In this document: positions 9,844 to 18,800 of the stretch, one piece after another
Numbering within the stretch: position 1 is the first letter of the stretch
Layout of the letters: each line of letters opens with the position of its first letter
Assembly: GCA_036564355.1 (NCBI GenBank)
Contig: DATCPC010000174.1
Span: 1,576 to 65,575, forward strand
Length of the DNA: 64,000 nucleotides
Source: Gemmatimonadaceae bacterium
Lineage (GTDB): Bacteria > Gemmatimonadota > Gemmatimonadetes > Gemmatimonadales > Gemmatimonadaceae
Direction of reading: 5' to 3'
Program-made: the position numbers and the translations under genes
Notes under the pieces: model-generated
Database searches by the model: none
Seen by the model: the letters and a program-made list of their open reading frames with translations, nothing else
What the model was told of the DNA's origin: nothing

Positions 9844-10764
9844 TCAGTCGTACGCGATTCGCGGATCGGCGGCGGCATACGCGAGATCGGTGATCATGTT
9901 CACGACGACGAAAACCACACTCAAAAACAACACCGTTCCCTGGATCGCGGGAAGGTCCCGGCGGCCGATCGCGTTCACCACGTAACGCCCGATCCCCGGC
10001 CAGCCGAACACCGTCTCCGTCAGGATGCTGCCGGTGAGGTACGAGCCGAAGTCAAGGCCGAGCACGCTGATCACCGGGACGAGCGCGTTTCTGAGCGCGT
10101 GGTGCACGAGCACCAGCTTCTCGCGCACGCCCTTCGCGCGCGCCGTGCGCACGTAGTCGCTCGATAGCACCTCGAGCATCGCGGACCGCGTCATGCGCGC
10201 GAGAAAGGCGATCGAGCGCGAGCCGAGGGCCAGCGCGGGAAGAATGAGGAATTCCGGGCGCCCGTAGCCCGATGGCGGCAGCCACCGCAGCACCACCGCG
10301 AACAGCAAAATGAGCAGGAGCCCAACCCAGTACACGGGGAAGGACACGCCGAGGTAGGCGATCGCGAGCGCGCCCCGATCGATCCATCCGCCGGGGTGCC
10401 GCGCGCTCAGCACGCCCAGCGACACGCCGACAACGATCGCGAGCAGCATCGCCGTTCCCGCGAGTTCGAGCGTTTTCGGAAAGCGGTCGGCGATGTCGCG
10501 CGCGATCGGGCGTCCGGTGATGAACGAGCGACCGAGATCGCCGCGCAGCACGCCGCCGGTATAGTGCGCGAACTGGCGCGGAAGCGACTCGTCGAGATGC
10601 AGCTCCGTGCGGAGGCGCGCGATCGTCGCGGAGTCGGCGCGTTCGCCGACCATCTCGAGCACCGGGTCGCCGGGCGCGACGTACAGGAGCAGGAAAGCGA
10701 CGACGACGACGCCGGCGAGCGTCGGGACGGCGAGGAGGGCACGGCGAGCCAGCAGCGCGCCCAT
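9844..10764 (-). CDS. ABC transporter permease, peptide/nickel (DppB/OppB) type
   Basis: The internal ATG at 10762-10764 (MGALLARRALLAVPTLAG...) lies 2 nt after the binding-protein stop. Multiple TM segments and an EAA-like loop (YVRTARAKGVREKLVLVHHALRNAL). Confidence 0.9.
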   Translation of the reverse strand: MGALLARRALLAVPTLAGVVVVAFLLLYVAPGDPVLEMVGERADSATIARLRTELHLDESLPRQFAHYTGGVLRGDLGRSFITGRPIARDIADRFPKTLELAGTAMLLAIVVGVSLGVLSARHPGGWIDRGALAIAYLGVSFPVYWVGLLLILLFAVVLRWLPPSGYGRPEFLILPALALGSRSIAFLARMTRSAMLEVLSSDYVRTARAKGVREKLVLVHHALRNALVPVISVLGLDFGSYLTGSILTETVFGWPGIGRYVVNAIGRRDLPAIQGTVLFLSVVFVVVNMITDLAYAAADPRIAYD

Positions 10765-10766
10765 TC

Positions 10767-12329
10767 TCAGTGCGCCGTGACTGTCACGTCCGTGAACTTC
10801 TGGCCGTTGAAGATTGTCGGCGCGACGAAGCCCTTCACCCACGGCTGCACGGCGTACAGCTCGTTGTAGAAGAAGAGATAGATCATCGGCGCGTCCGCGA
10901 ACGCGAGCGAATCGGCCTGGCGGTACAGCGCGACGCGCTTGGCGGCGTCCTGTTCGGTGCGCGCCTGCGAGACGATACGATCGAATTCCTTGTTCTCGTA
11001 GAAGGACACGTTGCCGCCGACGCCGCGATTCGCGCCATGCAACAGCGGATAGAGAAAGTTCTCGGCGTCCGGATAGTCCGCATACCAGTCCTTCACGAAC
11101 ATGTCCGTCTGTCCGTTGCGCGCGGCCTCGCGGGCCGCGGCACTCTCGCGCTGCACGAGCTTCACGCGCACGCCTACCGCCGCCAGGTACGACTGAATCG
11201 ATTCGGCCACGCGCGCGAACGCCGGATCCTGCGGCATCCAGAGCTCGACGTCGAAGCCCTTCGCGTAGCCGGCCGCGGCGAGGAGCTTCCTCGCCGCCAC
11301 GGTATCGTAGGCGTAGGGTGCGCGCGCGTCGTCCGCGCCCTCGAGCGTCGGCGGGATCACGCCCGCCGCGAGACGACCGCGCCCGCCGAGGAGCTTGTCG
11401 AGGATCGTGCGGACATCGACGGCGTGATTGAGCGCCTGCCGTACGCGGACGTCCTTCAGCGGCCCGCGCGTGGTATTGAGCGCCACGTACCAGAGCCGCA
11501 ACGCCGGCGCGGAGGTGAGGAGCGCCTTTTTCTCATCCGCCTGCTCCCATCGCTGCGCGTCCGCCTCCGGGACGTAGAGGAGGTCCACATTTCCGCTCTC
11601 GAATTCGGCGACCGCCGTGGATGGCTCTGGAATGATTCGTATCATCAGCGAGTCGAGCTTGGGAGCGCCGCCGAAGTACTCGGCATTTCGTGCGAGAAGC
11701 ACGTAGTCGTCGTGCTGCCAGGAGACGAGCGTCCAGGCGCCGGTGCCCACGGGGTGCTCGCCGAAATCGGGAGAAATTTTCGCGGGCACCACCGACGCGA
11801 CCGGCATTGCGAGTAACTTTGGGAAGATCGCGAGCGCGGTGTCGAGTGCGATGCGGACGGTGCTGTCGTCCACCGCCGTGACGCCAGTGACGGTTGCGGC
11901 CTTGCCTGCCGCGAAAGCGCGCGCGCCTGCGATCGGGTAGAGCGGCCACGGTCGGCCGGACTTGTTCGAGGGATCGAGGACGCGAGTAAAGCTGTGTACG
12001 ACATCGCTCGCGTGCAGCAAAGAGCCGTCGTGGAAGCGGACGCCGGTGCGCAGATGAAAGAGATAGGTGCGACCGTCGGGAGTCACCTCCCATCGCGAGG
12101 CGAGGGCTGGTCCAACCTTCGCATCGGGGCTGAAGCGGGTAAGGCCGTCGAACAGGTAGGATACTGCGCGCCCGGTGGGAACATCAGTCGAGAGCGCGGG
12201 GTCGAGAGATTTGGGATCGTAGCGGTCGCGCGCATCGATCAGCGTGCGGCGATGGGTGGCATCGCCGCCGCGACAGGCGGCGAGCACCAGGAGCGCAACA
12301 AATGACAAGCGAGAGCAAGACGGTGGCAT
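10767..12329 (-). CDS. ABC transporter substrate-binding protein, family 5 (peptide/nickel)
   Basis: 520 aa with an N-terminal signal/lipobox-like LVLAAC. Family-5 SBP features such as DPKSLDPALSTDVPTGRAVSYLFDGL and WYADYPDAENFLYPL. Confidence 0.9.
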   Translation of the reverse strand: MPPSCSRLSFVALLVLAACRGGDATHRRTLIDARDRYDPKSLDPALSTDVPTGRAVSYLFDGLTRFSPDAKVGPALASRWEVTPDGRTYLFHLRTGVRFHDGSLLHASDVVHSFTRVLDPSNKSGRPWPLYPIAGARAFAAGKAATVTGVTAVDDSTVRIALDTALAIFPKLLAMPVASVVPAKISPDFGEHPVGTGAWTLVSWQHDDYVLLARNAEYFGGAPKLDSLMIRIIPEPSTAVAEFESGNVDLLYVPEADAQRWEQADEKKALLTSAPALRLWYVALNTTRGPLKDVRVRQALNHAVDVRTILDKLLGGRGRLAAGVIPPTLEGADDARAPYAYDTVAARKLLAAAGYAKGFDVELWMPQDPAFARVAESIQSYLAAVGVRVKLVQRESAAAREAARNGQTDMFVKDWYADYPDAENFLYPLLHGANRGVGGNVSFYENKEFDRIVSQARTEQDAAKRVALYRQADSLAFADAPMIYLFFYNELYAVQPWVKGFVAPTIFNGQKFTDVTVTAH

Positions 12330-12381
12330 TGCGGACCCGTGCTGGAGCGCGCCCGCGCGTCGCCTTCACGTGGCTACGACG

Positions 12382-12410
12382 TTGACACAGCAGTACTATT
12401 CGGGTGAACT
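12382..12410 (+). promoter_or_regulatory. Candidate sigma-70-type promoter for the receiver-GGDEF gene
   Basis: Perfect TTGACA (12382-12387), a 17-nt spacer, then TGAACT (12405-12410), ending 27 nt before the GTG start at 12438. The -10 element is weak (3/6). Confidence 0.25.
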
Positions 12411-12437
12411 TATCGGGCCCCAAGTGAAGCGTCAATC

Positions 12438-13358
12438 GTGAGTTACGTCCTGTGCGTCGACGATAACGAGGACATGCGCCTAATGGTGCGTGAGGTTCTC
12501 CAATCGGCGGGGCACGAGACTGATCTGGCGGCAGATGGATTGTCTGCGCTTGCGTCGATCCAGGAGCGCGAGCCGGATCTCCTCGTGCTCGATGTCGTCA
12601 TGCCCGGCATGAGCGGGCTCGACGTCTGTCGCGCCGTGAAGTTGAACCCGTTCACCGCGCGCATCCCGATCCTGATGCTCACGGCGCAGGGTGACATTGC
12701 GGCGAAGGTTGCGGCGTTCGATGCCGGAGCGGACGACTATCTCGCGAAGCCGTTCGATCCGCGTGAGCTCAGGGCGCGCATCGTCGCGTTACTCAGAATC
12801 GTGCGGCGTGAGGGTGACCGAAATCCGACGAGCGGGCTGCCCGGCGGGAAGGCGATCGAGGAAGAGATCGAGCGGCGCGCGGAAAAGGGAGAGTCGTTCG
12901 CGATCTGCTACATCGATCTCGACAACTTCAAGCCGTTCGCAGACACGTTCGGATTCTCTATCGCCGACATGGTGATCAGGGACATGGGCCAGGCGATCAG
13001 AGGAGCGATCGAAACGACGGGATCGCCGACGGACTTCGTTGGGCACATCGGCGGCGACGATTTCATCGCGGTGACGTCGGTGCAGCGCGCGCTGTCGGTG
13101 GCGCGGGAGTGCGCGCTGCGATTCGTCGACGTGGCGACGCGCGCGGTGGGAGAAGAAGCGGTACGCCGGGGGCACTTCACGGGCGTCGACCGGGAAGGGC
13201 GCGCGCGCGATTTTCCGATCGCGCGGCTCTCCGCGGCGGTGCTGCAGATCGGGCCGGACAGATGGATCTCCACGGGGCACATCGGATCGCTGGCGGCAGA
13301 GGTGAAGCGGCGCGCGAAGCAGCGGGGGCCTGGTACCATCCTCGTGCAAACAGTGTAG
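12438..13358 (+). CDS. Response regulator with receiver + divergent GGDEF domain (signature GGDDF)
   Basis: 306 aa. Receiver: VLCVDDNEDMR...LLVLDVVMPGMSG...KPF. GGDEF-like domain: DLDNFKPFADTFGFSIADMV...HIGGDDFIAV. Confidence 0.85.
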   Translation: MSYVLCVDDNEDMRLMVREVLQSAGHETDLAADGLSALASIQEREPDLLVLDVVMPGMSGLDVCRAVKLNPFTARIPILMLTAQGDIAAKVAAFDAGADDYLAKPFDPRELRARIVALLRIVRREGDRNPTSGLPGGKAIEEEIERRAEKGESFAICYIDLDNFKPFADTFGFSIADMVIRDMGQAIRGAIETTGSPTDFVGHIGGDDFIAVTSVQRALSVARECALRFVDVATRAVGEEAVRRGHFTGVDREGRARDFPIARLSAAVLQIGPDRWISTGHIGSLAAEVKRRAKQRGPGTILVQTV

Positions 13359-13410
13359 CAGAGGTCAGCGCCTGTCGTTCACCACGCAGGCTCGCGGCGT
13401 ACACGCAAGG

Positions 13411-13638
13411 GTGCCAATGACGGTAACGAACGGAACGCGCGACGAGTCGGTCGTCCGCTACGATGATCGGCTGCCGTTGCGCGGCCGCGCGCTTCTTCCC
13501 GCCATCGCCATGGGGGTGGGGGCCGGGCTCGTCGTCTTCTACATCGCGCGCATCCTGGCCGAGCGTTCTCCGCTCGGGATCGACCCGCCCGAGCAGGCAC
13601 CGGACAGCGCCGCGTTGCCCGCGCGAACACGCGGGTGA
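13411..13638 (+). CDS. Small single-pass membrane protein (75 aa), unknown function
   Basis: One TM segment (ALLPAIAMGVGAGLVVFYIARIL). Its stop overlaps the tamA-like start (ATGA). The start could be the GTG at 13411 or the ATG at 13417. Confidence 0.45.
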   Translation: MPMTVTNGTRDESVVRYDDRLPLRGRALLPAIAMGVGAGLVVFYIARILAERSPLGIDPPEQAPDSAALPARTRG

Positions 13639-15866
13639 TGCGACGGGTTTTCCTCGCCGCGCTGCTGCTTCTTCTTCCGGTCGCGTTTCCCGGAGTTCTG
13701 CTGGCACAGGACATCGCCTGCGACCCCGGTGATCTCGAAGTCCGCGCCGTCACCTTCAATGGCAACCAGCACTTCGAGAGCGCCGAGCTCGCGAGCGTCA
13801 TCGTGACGTCGGCATCGAGCTTTGCGCGCCGCCATCTGCATCTGCCGATCGGCGCGCGACGGTGCCTCGACACGCTCGAGCTCTCGCGCGACGCCGTGCG
13901 CATCCGGCTGTTCTATCGCCTTCGCGGCTACTACAAGACGGCGGTCAAGACCGCGGTGCAGCCGGCCGGAACGGGCGCAGTCGAAGTGGCATTCGGCATC
14001 ACGGAAGGGCCGCCGGTCATCATCGACTCGCTCGCCGTCACCGGCCTCGACTCCGTGTCCGACCGCGACCGGCTGCTGCGCGAGCTCGATCACTTCAGGC
14101 ACAACCACATCTTCACGAAGATCGAGCTCCAGGCAGTGATCGACACGGTCCGCGAGGAGCTGCACGACAGCGGCTACCCGTACGCGGCGGCGCCGCTCGC
14201 ATCGAGCGAGGTCGATCCCGCCACCGATCGCGCCCAGCTCGAGTATCAGTTCTTCGAGCAATTTCGCGGACAGCCAATGCCCCTCCCCAAGCGGATCGCG
14301 CACGTCGGACGCATCGAGTACGAGGTCGCGCCCGGCGGCGACTCCGCGAAGATCGACACGAGCACCGTGCGGCGGCTAATGTCGTTCAAGGTGGGCGACG
14401 TGTTCCGGTCGAAGGATCTCGTGCGCAGCGAGCGCGATCTCTACCAGCTCGAGACGTACAGCCACGTGGATGTCGCGCTGGCACCGGACAGCGTGCAACC
14501 CAACGACAGCCTGCTCACCGTGCTCGTGCGGCTCAACGAGACGAAGATGACGTCGCTCGGCGTTGGCGCCGGATGGGCGACGCTGGACTGCATCCGTACA
14601 CAGGCGCGGCTCACCAACCGCGACTTCCTGGGGGGCGCCCGGCGCCTCGAGCTCAATGGGCGGCTCTCGCACCTCGCGCTCTGCCCGCAGAACGTGCGCG
14701 ATGACTCGATCAGCAATCGACTCAACTACTACGCGTCGGGAACGATCCGGCTGCGCGGGCTCATCGGCCCGCGCACGCTGCCGTCGGTCACCATCTTCAG
14801 CGAGCGCACCTCCGAGTATCGCGCGTACGTGCGCGAGACGATCATCGGAGGCGCGGCGGAGGTGTCGCGCGATCTGCAGCCGCGCGACCTGCGCCCCGGG
14901 CTGCCGCTCACGCTCTCGTACCGCGTCGAGTACGGGCGAACGACCGCCTCGCCGGCGGTGTTCTGCCAGCTGTTCAACCGCTGCGCGCTCGCCGACATCG
15001 AGCGACTTCAGCAAAATGGGAGCTTGCACGTGTTCGGCGCGTCGCTCCTGCGCGATCGGACCGATCAGCTGCTCGATCCGTCGAACGGCAATCAGCTCCA
15101 CCTCGAGCTGCGCAGCGGTACGACGTCGCTCGACACGGCGAGCGGCACGCGATTCAGCAGGGTGCTGGTCGAGGGATCGGTGTACAAGACGGTGGGGTCG
15201 TCGACGTTCGCGGCGCGACTGCAGCTGGCCGCGGTGCTCGACGGCTTCACCACGCGCGGAGCCACGGCGTACGTGCCGCCGGAGGAGCGGCTCTATGCCG
15301 GCGGGCCGAACTCCGTGCGCGGCTACAACCAGAACCTGCTCGGACCCGTCGTGTACATCGTGGATTCGTACGTCACGAGCGATACGACGATCGGTGGCAA
15401 CCCGGCACAGCTCTTTCGCGCGTCCGACACATCGCACGTGCGCCAGTACTCGCCGACTGGTGGAAACACGTTGATCGTCGCCAACGCCGAATGGCGGATT
15501 CGTCTGCCGTCGCTCGGCGGGCGGGTGCAGCTGGCGACGTTCGTCGACGCGGGGCAGGTGTGGAATCGCCCGCAGCAGACCTTCTCGATCTCAGACCTGC
15601 GTGTGACGCCCGGGATGGGCGTACGCGTGCGGTCGCCGATCGGGCCGCTCCGCGTGGATGTCGCGTACAACGGATACGCCTCGACCACCGGCTCCGCGTA
15701 CTTCGTGGGCAGCGACAACGTGCTCCGGTGCGTGAGCCCGGACAACACGCTGTCGTCTGGGATCGTGACATCGGGTGAGACGTGCGAGCCGACCTACAGA
15801 CCCCCGGCCGGCTCCAGTGTGTTGAGCAAGCTGACGTTCAACTTCAGCATCGGGCAGGCGTTTTAG
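13635..15866 (+). CDS. tamA: Omp85-family outer-membrane protein, TamA/BamA-like
   Basis: 743 aa. Signal peptide MMRRVFLAALLLLLPVAFPGVLLAQ, POTRA-like repeats, and a C-terminal beta-barrel ending ...LTFNFSIGQAF (aromatic C-terminus). A TamB-type gene follows directly. Confidence 0.85.
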   Translation: MMRRVFLAALLLLLPVAFPGVLLAQDIACDPGDLEVRAVTFNGNQHFESAELASVIVTSASSFARRHLHLPIGARRCLDTLELSRDAVRIRLFYRLRGYYKTAVKTAVQPAGTGAVEVAFGITEGPPVIIDSLAVTGLDSVSDRDRLLRELDHFRHNHIFTKIELQAVIDTVREELHDSGYPYAAAPLASSEVDPATDRAQLEYQFFEQFRGQPMPLPKRIAHVGRIEYEVAPGGDSAKIDTSTVRRLMSFKVGDVFRSKDLVRSERDLYQLETYSHVDVALAPDSVQPNDSLLTVLVRLNETKMTSLGVGAGWATLDCIRTQARLTNRDFLGGARRLELNGRLSHLALCPQNVRDDSISNRLNYYASGTIRLRGLIGPRTLPSVTIFSERTSEYRAYVRETIIGGAAEVSRDLQPRDLRPGLPLTLSYRVEYGRTTASPAVFCQLFNRCALADIERLQQNGSLHVFGASLLRDRTDQLLDPSNGNQLHLELRSGTTSLDTASGTRFSRVLVEGSVYKTVGSSTFAARLQLAAVLDGFTTRGATAYVPPEERLYAGGPNSVRGYNQNLLGPVVYIVDSYVTSDTTIGGNPAQLFRASDTSHVRQYSPTGGNTLIVANAEWRIRLPSLGGRVQLATFVDAGQVWNRPQQTFSISDLRVTPGMGVRVRSPIGPLRVDVAYNGYASTTGSAYFVGSDNVLRCVSPDNTLSSGIVTSGETCEPTYRPPAGSSVLSKLTFNFSIGQAF

Positions 15867-15869
15867 CGG

Positions 15870-18800
15870 ATGTCGCGCCGTCGCCTCGTTGCGCTCATCA
15901 GCGCCGGCATCCTGCTCCTTCTGGGCATGAGCGTGATCGGGGCGATCCTCGCGACCACGCAGACGGATCTCGGGCGCGCGCGCCTGCGCTCTCTGATCAA
16001 CGCGCAGGTGACGAACGCGATGGGCAATCGCGGCACCATTTACATCGGACGGATCACCGGCAGCCTGTTCACGGGTGTCGAGCTCGACTCGATCTCGATT
16101 CGCGACGAGGAGGACTCTCTCGTCGTCGCGACCGGGCCGGTCATCGTCCGCTACGATCCGCGCGACGTGCTCGACAAGCGGCTGCTGCTGTCGTACCTCG
16201 AGGTAAACCGGCCGAACGTGTATCTGCGCCGGCGCGCCGATCATCAGTGGAGTTTCCGTCACGTTTTCCCCGACGGCCAGAAAAAGCAGCGGCTCGCGGG
16301 GAGCCGGTCGCTGGGCGACTACATCGTCATCGACAGCGCGGTGCTCCACGATGCGAAGTTCACACTCACCGACCTCTGGTCGCCGCCCGATTCGCTGAAG
16401 GGTGCGCGGAGAGACAGCGCGATCCGGGTCGCGCTCAACGACAAGAACCACGAATGGCGGCGCACGCGCGAGGGGATCAAGCAGACGCGCCGGTGGACGA
16501 AGGGGGAGCTGCGATCGCCGTACGTGCGTCTCGCGGATCCGGACAGCGTCGGCAAGCTGATCTCGATCGGCGACATGCGCGTCAAGGAAAACGATCCCCC
16601 CTTCGACCTCAGCAACGCGAACGGACCCGTAAAGATTCTCGGGGACACCGTGTTCTTCGTGCTGCACCACTTCGATCTTCCGGGATCGACGGGGCACGCC
16701 GAGGGACACGTCTCGTGGGGCGGTCCGTCGCCGACGCACTACGATGTGCACGTGTGGGCGGACTCCGTCTCGATGAACGACGTGGCGTGGGTGTACCCGA
16801 CGCTGCCGCGCACCGGAAGCGGGAAGTTGGAGCTCACCATCAAGAACAACGTGCGCGACGCGCACGTGCTCGAGTACGGGCTGAGCAGGATGGACATGCG
16901 CTCCGCGAAGTCACATCTCACGGGCGCGATGACGTTCGTCGTGGGCCTTCCGGTGCTCGCGGTGACGAACGTCGATGCGCAGCTCACGCCGCTGAATTTC
17001 GACCTGCTGCGCACGCTCGCCGGCGGTCCGTTTCCGGTCGATTGGCAGGGAACATTCACCGGTTCCGTGCGCGGGCCGGGCGGCATGCTCACCGACTGGC
17101 ACGTGGATGATGGGGAGCTGACGTTCCGCGACGCGCACGTGCCGGGCGCGGTGTCGAAGGCATCGGTGCACGGGGCGCTCGACATCCTCGTGCCCTCGAA
17201 CGCGAAATTTCACGCGCTCGACGTCGACCTCGCGACGCTCGACCTGCGAACGATTCAATACCTCTTCGCGAGCTTTCCGCGGCTGCACGGAACGGTATCC
17301 GGCACGGCGAGGCTGGACTCGTCGTGGCTCGACACTCGCTTCCACGATGCGAATCTCGTGCACCACGATGGCGATAATCCGACGTCGCACTTCACCGGCG
17401 ATGGACGCGTGACGCAGAACCCCAAGTTCACCGCGTTCGATGTGGCGCTTCAGGCGCAGCCGGTGTCGTTCACCACCTTTGCGCGTTCCTATCCCGGGCT
17501 GGCATTCCGCGGAAACTTTTCCGGCCCGCTGCGCATCCGCGGCACGATGGACGAGCTCGACGTCACGGCCTCGCTGTCCGGAGACGCGGGGTCGATGGCC
17601 GTGAACGGGAATTTCGATCTCGACTCGGTGAGCGGTCTCGCGGGGCGCGGAACGGCGAGCGTCGCCGATCTCGATGTGCAGGCGCTCATGGAGTCGAAGA
17701 CCCTGCCGTCCACGAGTCTCGGGGGGCGAGCGGCGTTCGACATTCACGGAGACTCGATTGCGAATCTGGCCGGCTCGTTGCACATCGATCTCGATCAGTC
17801 GCGCGTGGAGCCCGTGGATGTGAGTGCGGCCACTGCCTCACTGTCCTTCGGCGCTGGGCGCATGCACGTCGACACTCTCGGCATTACGAGCAGCGCGGCC
17901 CGCATCTCCGCGAACGGGACGCTGGGGCTCGCGCCGAACATCGTCGACTCGCTCAGCTATACCGTTCTCGTCGATTCGCTCGGTGGCCTGCGACCGTGGA
18001 TTCTTCCACGCGCCGCTTCCAACTCGGCACGGCGCGACTCGGTCCGAATGACGGAGCACGATCTCGAGCAGCGGCAGATTCGCGACTCGCTCTACGGAAC
18101 GGCGCACGCCGAGGGCAAGCTCGTTGGGTCGATCGACACGCTCCAGGCGCGAGGGGTCATCGCGGGAGACTCGCTGTTCGTCGCGGGCAATCGTGTGGCG
18201 CACGCGAGTGGGAGCTACGCCGTGGCGGGGCTGCCGACGGACGCGCGCGGGACGATCCACGCGCGCGCGGACTCGCTCCTGGTCGCGACCGTCGCGATCG
18301 ACAGCATGCAGGGCGATTTCACGCTGGCGAGCAAGTCGCGCGGCGACCTCACCTTCGCGGCAGCGAGCAATCGTCACACCGGCAGCTTCGTCGTAGGGAG
18401 CCACCTCGCCTTCGATCGCTCGCTGGATTCATTGCGGCTGGTGGTCGACAGCCTCGGCGGGTTGATCGATACGCATCAATGGAGTCTCGCATCGCCGGCG
18501 ACCGTTGTGTTCGACACCGGAGGCACGCGGCTCGACTCACTCGCCGCACGCGGCGGCGAAGGGGGCGTAGTGGTGCTGCATGCGGACCTGCCGAACACGC
18601 GACCCGTGAACGTATCGCTGCGCGTCGACAGCGTGTCCCTCGCCGACCTCGGCATCATCGCGCAACTCACGACGCCGATCAGCGGTACGACGACTGGAAC
18701 CGTGGTCATTTCCGGCCCGCGCGCCGATCCGGTGATCGCGCTGGGGGCGCGGTTCCAGGATGTGTCGTTCGGAACCGTCGCGTTCCCGTTTTTCACGCTG

